From assembly GCF_006345805.1 (NCBI RefSeq), contig NC_042997.1:165602001-165666000 (forward strand): a stretch of DNA of 64,000 nt, read 5' to 3'. Source of the DNA: Octopus sinensis (lineage: Eukaryota). This document shows, one piece after another, positions 18,430-31,393 of this stretch (its first letter is position 1; every line of letters starts with the position of its first letter). Both the position numbers and the translations under genes were made by a program. The notes under the pieces are model-generated. The model had not been told where the DNA came from, searched no databases, and saw only the letters and a list, made by a program, of their open reading frames with translations.

Positions 18430-19011
18430 CATACATGCATACATGATGGTTGTGTACTCCTTTTGCAGAGTTTGACCACCTCCTGTACCTACACCTTAGC
18501 ATTATCTGATGTGCCTTTTTAAACCAGACAATATTCTAAAAAGACACCCACACAGATTGCACATCTGATTTGGATCACCAAGAGCTGCAGATAAGTTCTA
18601 CTCTTTATGGATTTTAAAATGTCTTTTGAGGCCTCCATTGGATTTGCAAACCTTCTGGCTTACACTGCATTCAAAGGTGTGCACAGATGTCTAGGCAGAA
18701 TAGTTGGTGCAGGTTCGTTTTCCCTGGATCCACAGATGAGATTTCAGCCCACCCAGCAAAAGACAGGCATGGTCAGTCACAGACTGTGCACACAAAAAGG
18801 TAATACATGTATACATAAATAGATAGTTAGATACTGTTATCTCCTTCATGTGACCACAACTAAGATGCATCTCATAATATTGAAACAGGAATCTCTGGCC
18901 AACAATAGTTTTATGTCGAATGTGTGTACCAATAACATCAATACACTGAATGTTATCCTTTCTCTATTAAACTATAGAAGCCTCCAAAATATAACATCTA
19001 ATATGGCTTAT

Positions 19012-19080
<69 letters not shown>

Positions 19081-19105
19081 TATATATATATATAGATATA
19101 TATAT

Positions 19106-19197
<92 letters not shown>

Positions 19198-19665
19198 ACA
19201 AAGGGTAAAATTAATTAACAAATAATCAATAATTTCACCAAGTAGAATTCGGCATGAAAATGGACCATTTCACAGTAAACTTAAGTAATACTTTATAATT
19301 AGGGTTCAGCAAAGATTTGCTTTACCACATACCGAAGTTTAGAAATAGCAGCTAAAAAGCCTTAACTATTTCTTCTACTTTAAAAAGGGACTCCCAGAAA
19401 AACCAAAATACTTTAAAGTAGAAGAAATAGCTAAGGTTTTTTGGCTGCTATTTCTAAACTTCGGTATGTGGTAAAGCAAATCTTTGCTGAACCCTAATTA
19501 TAAAGTATATATATATATATATATATAATAGTAGTAGTTATAGGCATCTGTCAGTCTCGAGGGACCATGGATCTGCACCCTAAGAAATTGTATATTTAAA
19601 TATATATATGTATATAGTAGGCCTTATTAGATGTTGTGTGTGTGTGTGTGTGCGCACGTGTGTGT

Positions 19666-19697
<32 letters not shown>

Positions 19698-21186
19698 TGA
19701 ATGCCATGGAGGTGATGACAAGTGATTGAGACCTTTGGAGATTTGCTGTGCTTGAGAAGATACATCAACCCAAGTGAAATCATAGTCATGGCCAGTGGCG
19801 GTGACATGTAAAAGACACCTACTACAGTCTTGGAGTGGTTGGTGTTAGGAAGGATATCCAGTCATAGAAACCAAGCCAAATCAGACTATAGCCTGGTATA
19901 GCTCTCCAACTTACCAATCCCAGTCAAACCATCTAACCCATGCCCAGTAGAATGTATGCTAAATGATGATGATGATGTATGTGCATATGTATATATGTAT
20001 GAATGTGTGTGTGTGTGTGTGTAATATTATATCATATATAATACATATATTTTGCATGCCTTTAAAATAATGAATAAAAGTTGGGAGCATCATGGTTAGA
20101 ACATTCTTGATTATTAGTTTACTTGATTGTAGCTGGCCAGAATCTAAACAGCAAAAATAACAACTATATCCTGAACATTTGCTTCATTCACTTTTATCAT
20201 TGAATCATATATGATGGTGATTAAGTTTTATAGATAGTATTAGGTAGGTTCTAGTTGACAATTGGTAGATTTCCTGTATTACTATTATAATTATTATTAT
20301 TATATGTTTGGCTTTTGCTTTGTATTTGTACAAGTCAACTCCAAGTCTCACCCAGAGACTTCAAGAGACATTATTATTGTTGCTGTTGTTGTTACTGTTA
20401 TTTCCATTTCACTTCTCAGAATTCTTCATATTCCTTGCTCCAGCTAAGTCTGTAAGAGCAGACAATAACCTGTTGTCAAGGATCTCACAGAGTCTCTTTC
20501 CCTAACAAATTGTTCAAATCTGGTTGTTAATGCTCCCAGAACCCCAACAACTGGGATAACAGTTATTTTTTTCATTACCCACATTCATACAATCTCATAT
20601 TAATTATTATTATATGTTTGACTTTTGCTTTGTATTTACACAAGTTGACTCCAATTCTTACCCAGAGACCTGAAGAGACAAGTTAGAAGTTCAAGTTAAT
20701 GTTATGACTAGGGTGCTATATATATTTGGTTTTGCACGAAGTATTCTTCTAGAAAATGTTTAAGAAAACATAAGAAAATTATGTGTTTGTTTTAAAATTT
20801 GAGTTTACATATTATTATTATAATTATTATTATTGTTATTGTTCTTGTAAATCTAAAATCTTTCTTCTATTGTGTCTTTTCTAATGAGCAAATTTCGCTA
20901 ACACATAATTAATGAAACAATAGCATTTACCTGAGATATTGTTTAATTTTGCCTATAGACACCATAAAATCAATATTATTTTTTGCTGACCATATCATTT
21001 TTTTGGCCTCTTATTATTTTTCCACATGTTAAATTGAAAATGTTAGGTAAGAATGAAATAATTCTATATTAGTTAAAAAAATACCATCTAGTTATGTCAA
21101 GAGAAAAAGTAGCATCCATAAAGCATACCTGAAATAGTGTTCATCTGTGTGAGAGCAAAAACCAGAATGCAAATATAAGCATTCAT
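11550..21186 (-). CDS. Secreted cysteine-rich protein, 861 aa: signal peptide + 6-Cys WAP-like domain + 20 tandem six-Cys pacifastin/half-VWC modules (a kielin/chordin-like automated annotation is likely)
   Basis: Exons on - are 21186-21129 ([19 protein letters not shown], signal-peptide-like), 16614-16534, 15424-15380, 14812-14648 and 13786-11550. All four introns are GT-AG and phase 1; 2586 nt, open throughout. Module consensus is C-x3-G-x2-Y-x2-GE-x-F-x3-C-N-x-C-x-C-x3-G-x3-C-T-x3-C. The exon chain is predicted from sequence only. Confidence 0.85.
18940..19200. repeat. (TA)n microsatellite, representative of many (TA)n, (CA)n, (TACA)n, (GA)n and (GAA)n tracts
   Basis: Directly visible. 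Other tracts are at about 18170-18440, 22460-22650, 24020-24110, 24890-25010, 27310-27430, 42945-43210, 44750-44900, 45143-45215 and 61925-62015. Confidence 0.95.
19291..19505. mobile_element. Tc1/mariner-type MITE / fold-back with 96-bp arms
   Basis: Arms 19289-19384 and 19412-19507 (including flanking TA) are reverse complements with 3 mismatches, separated by a 27-nt spacer. Confidence 0.8.
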
Positions 21187-22250
21187 GATGATTTTTTTGA
21201 TGTAATATCCTCTTGTATATTGCAGTGATTGAAAACTGGCTTAGCAGTGGAGTACTGGCACTTCAGTTATAGTAATGAAGATATCACAACTCGAACAGTA
21301 TATATATAACAGAGGAAATTTGAATAATTAATTATTGTGCAATATTTTGCAAAACTTTTGATAGGTCTAACCTCTTTTGGATGTTTTTTCACAAATATTT
21401 CTTTGTTTTCAGAATATAATGTCAGAAAACATGAGGAAATAAATAAAAATTTCTATGAAAAGAAAGTATCATTGTTCTTCATTCTCACACATTAAAAACT
21501 TGTTATACAAGAATGATATATCCGTAACCTCTGGTTTTAATACAGACTTCCTAAACATTCAGTGTTCAGTTGTTCATTATAAAGTTTTATTCTTACGCAC
21601 ATTTTCTCTTAAAATTTCTTTTCCTGGGAAAAACATCAGAAACGTGTGAGAGAAGGACATGTTATTTTATAAAGGCCAATGCCTCGTGACTTAAAAATCA
21701 CACATTTGTACACAGTAACAATGAGTACAAAAGCAAAAAAAAAAAAATTGCTTCAGCATGACCTTGCAGCCACGATTCAAGTAGTCTAAATAACTAATGA
21801 CAATGAAAAACATTTTGAAATAATAGTAGTGTCTTCCTAGGTACCTTTCCTTTCTTTAAACATATTTTAGGCAAAAATATTTCTAATGCTTGCATAAGAA
21901 AAGACAAATATATTCAGAAAAAGTTGTTATAGTAAACCATTCATGAAGTTGGGGCTATAATGACTTTTAATTAACTAAGATATATACATGAAGGTTAAGG
22001 TTCTGGAAGTAAATACAATGTGATAAAGCTGAGGCTTACGTGTTAATGTGCCATCATTTCAACTATTGTACTGATTCCCATAAATCAGTTAAGCTAATTC
22101 CAAAAATCTGAAGAAGCTAATATTTAAAGAATTAATAATTTCTCTGCGGAATTATTTTGTATTTTACTGCTCTTATATGCTCACTGATAATTTGTGAGTG
22201 GAATTTGGTTGACAGAACTAGGCAGAAGCTTATACATACATGCATACATA

Positions 22251-22457
22251 GGGCAGCGAGCTGGCAGAAACGTTAGCACGCCAGGCAAAATGCGTAGCCG
22301 TATTTCGTCTGCCGTTATGTTCTGAGTTCAAATTCTGCCGAGGTCAACTTTGCCTTTCATCCTTTCGAGGTCAATAAATTAAGTACCAATCGACTTAATC
22401 CATTTATGTGTCCTTGTTTGTCCCCTCTATGTTTAGCTCCTTGTGGGTAATAAAGAA
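22251..22457 (+). mobile_element. tRNA-derived SINE (family B)
   Basis: Head 'gcgagctggcagaaacgttagcacgcc...gagttcaaattc'. Further copies lie on - at 31394-32142 (array), about 53335-53537 and about 60960-61185. Confidence 0.78.
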
Positions 22458-22601
22458 ACACATACATACATACATACATACATACATACATACATACATA
22501 CATACATGCGTACATACATACATGCATGCATGCATACACACACATGCTCAGAAATACACAAACAGACACACACACACACACACAACACACACACACACAC
22601 A

Positions 22602-22645
<44 letters not shown>

Positions 22646-22914
22646 AGAAACACACAGGCACACGCACACACACATGTATGTATATTTCATTTCAAGTTTT
22701 CTTACCAATAGAGAAAGAGTCGGTTTCTAATTTAGATCCAAGTCTCCTCCATTGGAATTTCAGCATCAGCAACAGGGTATTTTTGTATGTATGTATGTAT
22801 GTATGTATGTATGTATGTATGTATGCATGCATGTACATGTGCAGATTTGTATGTTTTGTTTTATGTATGTCACTTCATGCATATACTTGCATATCAAGGC
22901 ATGCTCATATATAC

Positions 22915-23400
22915 TTAAATGATAAACTTCTGGGAAGTTTTATAGATTTTTACAGTTCCAAGATGGCTTGGATCTGTAGTCTTCATATCAGCTTTCTCCT
23001 TTCTGGTTTTGAGAAGCCTAATTTCCCAAGATTGGTATATAGGCAGTGTGTTACATATTCTAGTGCCCCAATAATTACAGGTATAATACTGAACTCGTAA
23101 TCTGGATTGAGTAACTGCAGATTCCTCAATAGTTCAGAATGGGTATTCTCTTTTTCACTAACCTTCAGCTTAACATTAACATCCACTGGGCATCTGATTT
23201 CCACAACTGTACACAGTTTTTTTCTCTATACCAAATCATTATATCAGGTCTATTGTGTTTACATTTTATTGAGATTTTCACTGGAATATTCCACCAGTAC
23301 ACCATTTTATTGTGTGTGGCTATGGCTTCCACCATATTGTCAGTTTTTATCCTTTTGTCCTCCAGGTTATTCTTTCGACGGATTTCATTATACAGTGTCT
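22915..23400 (-). mobile_element. Decayed non-LTR retrotransposon C-terminus with restriction-like endonuclease (R4/NeSL-type)
   Basis: Translates to WWNIPVK..KHNRPDIMIW...VEIRCPVDVNV..KVSEKENTHSELL...IIPVIIGALEYV, the PD..D/E..K REL pattern. Confidence 0.75.
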
Positions 23401-23469
23401 ATGTATGTATGTATGTATGTATGTATGTATGTATGTGTGTATGTATGTATGTATGTAGAGTATGAATTA

Positions 23470-23995
23470 AGGATTTGCATTCTCTCCCCAAGATCCTAAG
23501 TTCAGCCATATTTTACTCCAGATATTTTGGTATGCATCAACTGTTAATAATATGTATGAAGCTGAAAGCATATCTTGGGTTCTAAATTTGCAAATTCTTT
23601 ACCAATGGGCCATAGATATCCCCTTTTTCTTGTATTTTTGTAACCACATTTGTGTCCAGGATATAGCTGATTTTCACAACAGAATGTATCTTTTCCTTGT
23701 GATCACACACAACAATATCTGGCCAGTTGGGTTTTAAATTGGTGGCTGTTTTAATTTTCAAGTTCCATCAATATTCTGTTGACCCATTGGTTTCAATATG
23801 ATCAACTTCGTCTGTTGGTGTTTTCTGTTTTGTTATCCTGCTCCAGACTGTTAAGGCCACTGCATCATGCCTCATGATAATTTAATATCTTGAAAACATT
23901 CTCTTACAATGAGCAATAATGTGATTGATGTCTTCAGTTTTGGTCTTGCACAGCCTGCATTTGTAGTCAGCCAGCAATTTCTGTCTTTTATGCTA
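23470..23995 (-). mobile_element. Second, diverged REL-type LINE fragment (CCHC knuckle + REL start)
   Basis: Reads CRLCKTKTEDINHIIAHC..MRHDAVA..WNLKIKT..NWPDIVVCD, with in-frame stops. Confidence 0.72.
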
Positions 23996-24327
23996 TAGGT
24001 ACTTGGTGGGGATCTTTTGCTCTTCTATGTATGTATGTATGTATGTATGTATGTATGTATGTATGTATGTATGTATGTATGTATGTATGTATGTATGTAT
24101 GTATATATGTATGCATGTGTATATGTATAAGTTATTGCACAGTTCTGTCAACCAAATTCCACTTACGTTATTGGTTAACATGTCATTTTCCAATTTTTTT
24201 TCATGTAGGAGCAGTAAAATACAAAATAATTCTACAGAGAAACTATTTATTCTCTGAATATTAGCTTTTTCAAATTACACACACACACACATATGCATGC
24301 AGACACAGACACACACACACAATAAAT

Positions 24328-24378
<51 letters not shown>

Positions 24379-24650
24379 TACATGCATGTGTGTATATACA
24401 TACATATGTATGTGTATGTGTGTGTGTGTGTGCATGTGTGTATGCATGTTTGTATGTATGTATACATACAAACATACATACATATATATAGTTAATCCAA
24501 ACATGAACAAAGGGAAAACACAACGCGAGGACATGGAACAAGTACAGTGTTATTGGACCCTCAGGAGAGGAAAGAAAGAAGGATTTAATGTTTTGAGCGG
24601 AGCTCTTCGTCAGGAACACAGAAAAAGGAAATTATTCTTTTATTCTTATT

Positions 24651-24780
24651 CAAGAATGTTATTGACAGTAACTTTGGCCAGCTAGGTCATCATCAAGCTG
24701 CAACGTGTTAGAGACCGTCTTGCAGTCCGATAATGGGTCAGCTGTCCAAAACTTTGAAGTCACTGTCAATAACATTCTTG
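24651..24780. repeat. Small inverted-repeat element (24-bp arms)
   Basis: caagaatgttattgacagtaactt (24651-24674) matches the reverse complement of 24757-24780 with one mismatch. Confidence 0.6.
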
Positions 24781-24888
24781 TAAAAGAATAATAAATATGA
24801 ACTCTACAAAAGTATTGAGTAACTTGTCACATCAATGTAAAATTGTTTTTATCATAACTGAATATAAAAACAAACATTAATATGTATG

Positions 24889-24961
<73 letters not shown>

Positions 24962-25394
24962 TATAATATATATATATATATATTATATATACATATATAT
25001 AATATACATAAATTAAAGAAAAACCACTATTATGTAATTCAAACAATGATAGACATAAACCAAATCATAAAGAAAAAATAAAATATATTATAAAATATAT
25101 CACTAGATCACAAACAGTACAAAAAAATGAATAAACAATATATAATAAGTAAAAAGACTACGTACGTTTCATGGCTATAAATTCAAATCGAATTACAATT
25201 ATATTTAAATTTAATCGAAAAACAATTCAATTTAAAAGTATAGTCACTCCTCAGGTCAACAATAATAACAATAGCAGTTAAATAAATAATCAAATAGAAT
25301 TAAACAACATTTCTTAAAGAAATAAAATCCTAATTGTTCTTATAGAAGCAAGGTATATCACCGAAGGTCTTGGTAACTTGTCACTCCTTCCATC

Positions 25395-27320
25395 AGGCCA
25401 ACGCTTGAACGGTACCTTTTACATGATACCGACACAGGTGCCAGTCAGACTGCACTGGCATCAGCCATGACTGCGATTTCACTCAATTTGACAGATCTGC
25501 ACAAACACAGCATATAACCCAAAGATTTAAGGTCGCTTTCAACAGGCCAGTTATGCAACACCGGCATCGGCCATGACTATGATCTCACTTGGCCTGACAG
25601 GTCTTCTCAAGCACAGCATATCTCCAAAGGCCTCGGTCGCTTGTCATTGTCTCTGTGAGTGCCAACATTCAAACACTGCTTCACCACCTCGTCTTCCTGG
25701 GTCTACTTCTTCTACAGGTTCCCTCTACTGTTAGAGTGTGACACTTCTTTACACAGCTGTCCTCATCCATATGCACCACATGACCATACCAGTACAGTCG
25801 TCTCTCTTGCACACCACATCTGATGTTTTTTATGTCCAACTTTTCCCTCAGGATGCTTACACTCTGTTCTGCATGCATACTAGCTTCATTTCTTACAAGA
25901 TTATGCATGTCCTCAGCAGCCACAGCCCATGTTTCACTACTGTGTAGCATGGTTCTTCACATACAGGCATCATATGGTCTGCCTTTCACTCTGAGTGAGA
26001 GGCCGTTTGTCACCAGCAGAGGTAGGAGCTCTCTGAACTTTGCCCAGCCTATTCTTATTCTAGCAGCTACACTCTCAGAACATCCACCCTTCTACTGACT
26101 TTGTCACCTAGGTAATGAAATCTGTTGACTATTACTAGTTTTTTTCCCTGGCATGTGATGGAGTCTAATTTCTGTACGTTTTTTGGTGTTTATTGTACCT
26201 ATGCATTTTCCACAGACACTATCTTCCCTGTTAACATTCCTCTGATATTGCTGCACCTCTTATGTGTTCTTAGCTTACATCGGGTACATCTTATGGAGTT
26301 TCTACCTATGCTTTTTTTTACAGATCGAGCAGGGTTGAAGGGATTTGTGCTTTGTCTACCTTCCTATTTACTAAGACTTTGGTTTTTGCTAGATTAACTC
26401 TAGTGCCCTTCGATTCTAAGTCTTGCTTCCACGCCGGAAACATCTCTAGTTCTGGTAGTGATTCAGCTATTAAAGCAAGGTCATCAGCATCGAGAAGCTC
26501 CCTGTCATCAGCATCGAGAAGCTTGTCTTGAATTTCTCTGTTATCGCTTGGAGTACTATGATGAACAAGAGGGGTCTGAGGACTGATCCTTGGTGAATCC
26601 CTGCTTGTACCCTGAATTCTTCGGTATACTGGTTGCCAACCATCACATAAATGACAGCATCCCTGTTCATGGCTTGTACAGCTCTCACCAACCACTCATC
26701 TATCCCAGTTTCCACATTGACCACTAGATAAGGGATCAGGGGACCCTGTCAAAGGCTTTCTCCATGTCAAGGAAAGCCTAGTACAGAGGTTTATCTTTGG
26801 CTAGGTACTTCTCTTGCGGCTGTCTTACCAGGAATAAAGCATCTGTGGTGCTTCTCCCTGCCACAAACCTAATCTGCATTTCATATAAACTCTCTTCCTA
26901 ATTAGTTGGGCTATGAGCCTCTATATGACTTTCATCACCTGATCCAACAATTTGATATCTCTGAAAGTTTTTCTAAGGCGTCACCTTTAACTATGTAACA
27001 GATGACTCATTCATCTTTCACCTGGTTAACTATACAGGTGACTAGACTATAGCCTACAACGCCAGATATTTTAAGCATCTCAGTGGTGATGCCTGGTGGA
27101 CTGTGGGCTTTCCCTGTCTTCATATCTTTAATTGCTTTATCTATCAAGATACTGTCAGTTTGGATAGCTATTCCCTCTGTTGGGTAACATTAGGCAGACT
27201 CTCTTTCTCCCATTCATTCTCTTCATGTAGCAACCTTTCAAAGTGGTGTCTCCAAGTGTCTTTCTTTGCAGCATCATTAAATGCAAGTGAGTCAACATCC
27301 ATGCAGACACATTTCTCTCC
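25395..27320 (-). mobile_element. Decayed RTE-clade LINE (RT region to 3' end)
   Basis: Broken frames read WRHHFERLLHEENEW, GIDEWLVRAVQAM..GIHQGSVLRPLLFIIVLQAIT, LLDADDLALIAES and MLHSSETWAV..RRLYWYGHV. Confidence 0.8.
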
Positions 27321-27926
27321 TATATACATACATACATACATACATACATGTATGTATGTATGTATGTATGTATGTATGTATGTATGTATGTATGTATGTA
27401 TGTATGTATGTATGTATGTATATGTATATATGTACATATATGTGTGTGCATACGTATGCACATGTGCATAATATCTTTATATGTGTGCATGCGTGAGTAT
27501 GCGTGCGTGTGTGTGCATGTGTGCATGTATGTGTCTCTGCGTGGGTGTGTTTCCAGGCCACAACACAGATAGGATGCTCTTGAAGCTGAAAATTTAAATT
27601 CATGGAGACAATTTTTATATATCATCCAAGGAAACACAACCAGATCTTATAATGCAAGGAAATGGTTGCACAACCAAGTACCTGCAAGCCTGGAGAACTA
27701 TACTGCATAGAAACAATTGTAGTGAATGCAAATAAATGTTGAACCGTATTCCTTCTTGTCAACTCCAACTTGTTCAGTTATCTATTCATCCATTACCAAA
27801 CACAAACCAAGAAGTACATATAATACTACTACTGGAGAGCACAGGATGGACAAGATTTATACTGTACTTGATTACATTCTTAACAGAATATAACATAATT
27901 ATATATATATATATATATTATATATA

Positions 27927-27956
<30 letters not shown>

Positions 27957-27958
<2 letters not shown>

Positions 27959-28508
27959 GGTGGTGGAGTAAATTGATCAAAATAAAAATAAAAATAAAAA
28001 CATGAGGCGAAGGATTCAGCGGTACATATGTTTCGGGCCTTTATTAGACAGATTCATAACAAATCATAATGTATGTCTGTGGCCTTCTTCAGCCGCGCAC
28101 AACAGCTTCCACAAGGACATGTGTTACTTCCGAAATTCTTGGTTGGGGATGCAAATCTTCTCGTTCCCGTACGACATAATGCGGCAGCAGCATCGAATTG
28201 AATCGTCCATCTCTTTCTTCTCTCAATGTAGAATCTACATTGAGAGAAGAAAGAGATGGACGATTCAATTCGATGCTGCTGCCGCATTATGTCGTACGGG
28301 AACGAGAAGATTTGCATCCCCAACAAGAATTTCGGAAGTAACACATGTCCTTGTGGAAGCTGCTGTGCGCGGCTGAAGAAGGCCACAGACATACATTATG
28401 ATTTGTTATGAATCTGTCTAATAAAGGCCCGAAACATATGTACCGCTGAATCCTTCGCCTCATGTTTTTATTTTTATTTTTATTTTGATCAATTTACTCC
28501 ACCACCTA
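27957..28508. repeat. 552-bp near-perfect palindrome (about 275-bp arms, 3-nt loop)
   Basis: Centre is caatgtag-aat-ctacattg (loop 28232-28234). The arms differ by one substitution and one 1-nt indel. Confidence 0.93.
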
Positions 28509-28548
28509 CACCACCAAACGGTATACACAGGTGCTTATAATTATCAAG

Positions 28549-28614
<66 letters not shown>

Positions 28615-29025
28615 TATATATATATAACCTGTAGGTTATATTCATATTAAGAAAGAAGAAGAAATGGAGATTGTGAAGTTAATAAGAGTTTATTATTAAC
28701 AACAAATCGAACATCATTTCTTACAACTGTTTCTATTATACACAGAAATTAATTAAATATCATTAAGTTCATATTTATGAGCATAATATTTTCAGAGGGA
28801 ACAAAAATATACCAATAGATGTTTATATGTTTGTTTATGGATTCATTATAGCAGTCTGGTATAATTTGCTATTAATAATAAACACTTATTAACATCACAA
28901 TGTCCATTTTTTCCTTCTTCCTTATATGAATGTAACCTACAAGTTATATATATATATATATATATAACGGCGGTGCATCAGCATGACCGCAGCTCTGAGC
29001 TGAAACTAGAATATATATATATATT

Positions 29026-29083
<58 letters not shown>

Positions 29084-29327
29084 TAAATAGGTAGATATAC
29101 ATATGTATATGTATCTATAATATAAGGAATATGGAGAGAGTCTGAACACAGAAAATATGAAATTTATTTATATAATAGTCAATTTCATATCGTCTACATA
29201 CGTTTCAATTTCTTACCTTCATTTATATTTTGCAATTAAGATTGTATTATGCAATTTAAAAGGTAAAAATCTCTTCAGGGCCAAAAATTGACAAATGTTC
29301 CTCATGTCTGTCAGTAGCAACTTTTGC

Positions 29328-30247
29328 TGTGTAAATTAGTGCATTATCATCCTGAAAGATTACGTTTCGCGCCAGTGTGTAAGCCAACCAATCACAGTCT
29401 TTGGATAAGGTCTCGTGACACTGTTTTTCTGATCCTTCATTTGAGCCACCTAAACCCTATAAAAAAAAACCAGCATTCACTATTCCAGGTCTTTGGCTCT
29501 AAACCTTCTAAGATCTAGTCACTGACCACAGAGCTACTCAGCCATGTTCCAGTTCCAACGACAGACGACCAGCTAGCCAGCCATGCTCCTGCTTCAGCCA
29601 TGACGACGCTAACTTACACCAGCGACAGACAGGACGTTCTCTATCTCCGCCGCCGTCATCATCATCGTCGTCCTTCAACTCTGTGTCATCTCCATCTCCG
29701 TCGACTTCAACAACATGTACACCTCAACATCGTCCAGGTTTGAACTCTACGCTGTTTGTGAATATTTCACCGAGGTAAAACAGTTGCAGTCTACCTGAAA
29801 GAACTTTCTGTATCAAGAGGCTCAGTACGGCATTATAGCCACAAACCGCTGCACGACATGTGCACAATCGGCCTCTACCTCGTGTCCACAACATCTTGTT
29901 ATAGCACTTGCTATCGTGTACCTCACTTACGAACTGGTAACCAAATTCCATCTTAACTCAATATGCTGAGAAACGTATATTGTGCTCTGTATTCTGTTGT
30001 ATACGCATACACCTCTGTCGCATACACGAACACACAGACACAAACACTTGTCGCACGCATCTAAACTTTGCTAGCACCCACACTTTATCTTTGTACACTT
30101 TGTAAATAAAGTCTTCTTCTCTCTCAAACAGTAGAACGGTTGTCGTCCTTCATTCATTCGTTTTGGCACTGTATTTTATATCATGTATTTGGCTTCTTAT
30201 TTTGTTAGGGGCGACCGTGCGGCGTTCTCAGGAGACCTTTGTCACCA
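29328..30247 (+). mobile_element. LTR-like repeat (solo-LTR candidate), related to 58230-59030
   Basis: Shares the blocks ccaatc.cag..tgataaggtc, accctataaaa (TATA-like), gtctag.cactgaccaca and aataaa..tcttc with the - strand element at 58-59 kb. Exact ends and TSD are not resolved. Confidence 0.45.
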
Positions 30248-30252
30248 ACTCC

Positions 30253-30507
30253 TTACGCACGGTCGTATCCCCTACAGTTTTGTTTCGACAAGGAGGTTTT
30301 TCCCTCTTTCTCAAAGGCTGTCATTACTTTCGAGACAGTACTTCTTGATACACCAAACACTTCGGCTATTTTCGTTACGCTAGCGCCTGCCATACGAGCA
30401 CCAACAATTTGACCTCTTTGAAAGTTCAATAGATTTGTCATTTTAATGAATTTTAATGAATTTTAATCAACTTTTCTGATGATTTCCATTATTTTGCCTA
30501 ACCCCTG

Positions 30508-30508
<1 letters not shown>
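30253..30508 (-). mobile_element. Tc1-like transposon 5' fragment
   Basis: HTH-like N-terminus LNFQRGQIVGARMAGASVTKIAEVFGVSRSTVSKVMTAF, preceded by the terminal sequence tacagggttaggcaaaataatggaaat. Confidence 0.72.
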
Positions 30509-30540
<32 letters not shown>

Positions 30541-30542
30541 TG

Positions 30543-30598
<56 letters not shown>

Positions 30599-30756
30599 TG
30601 TACATATATACGTATGTATGTATAAAAATTCGGTGTGTCTTGCGTTCCAATACTTAATAAGTGAAAAAATGTATAGTAAATAAACAAACGATATAACATA
30701 TACTGTGTGTACAACCGGACGGGAGACAAATACAGAAGGTCCCTAATTTATTATAA

Positions 30757-31218
30757 CTGGTAGATGGGTCTGGCTATAGTTCATAGAGAATATATAACAT
30801 AAATTAAAGTAATACAAGTTAGAAGATAAAACGTGACAAAGGATCCAAATTAAAAGATAAAATGAAGAAGGATATGTCTACACGTGCCGACACATATATA
30901 GGCGTAGACATAGCACACCCATTTGCGCCAGTCGGGAGATGTCAAGGAACATGATCATAGACAACCAAGATGGGCGCCTCTAATATGGTCATCTTCATTG
31001 TTTATGACTATATTCAGTAACATCACCTGGACCACGTGAGTGGGTAGGGTGTGTGTGTGTCTATTACGTGTGTCAACATATATAGACCTATCCTTCATTT
31101 TATCTTTCAGTTCGGATCTTTTGTCGTGTTTTATTCTTTGTCATATTTTATTCTCTATCTTGTACTTCTTTGTTTATGTTATGTATTCACTGTGAACTTA
31201 GCCAGACCCATCTACCGG
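30757..31218. mobile_element. MITE-like element with about 130-bp imperfect terminal inverted repeats
   Basis: Left end ctggtagatgggtctggcta.. matches the reverse complement of ..tagccagacccatctaccgg. Similarity extends about 130 bp inward with indels. Confidence 0.6.
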
Positions 31219-31393
31219 AAATATAATCCGGAAATATTTTCCATTCACTGTCAGTATAGTCGATATTCTACAGGCGACACAACATTCCAAGCGAAACTCA
31301 GTATATGTAACGAAATATCTCATTTAAAACGTGGCACCTGACGAGATGCAGCTTGCAAAAATGGACGCAACACAACTAGCTGTGCAATATACC

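Noticed and set aside
18107-19221. Many ORF-track entries rich in YI, CV, HT or MYVC repeats, here and at 22.4, 24, 27.2, 44.7, 54.8 and 61.5-62 kb
   Set aside because: They are translations of (TA)n, (CA)n and (TACA)n microsatellites, not genes.
20930-20955. Possible 22-nt micro-exon (AG..GT on -) in intron 1 of the Cys-rich gene
   Set aside because: Its length is not a multiple of three and it breaks the phase-1 chain; no other support.
28002-28392. Mirror-image ORFs of 124 aa (+) and 112 aa (-)
   Set aside because: A by-product of the palindrome; no recognisable domain or splice context.
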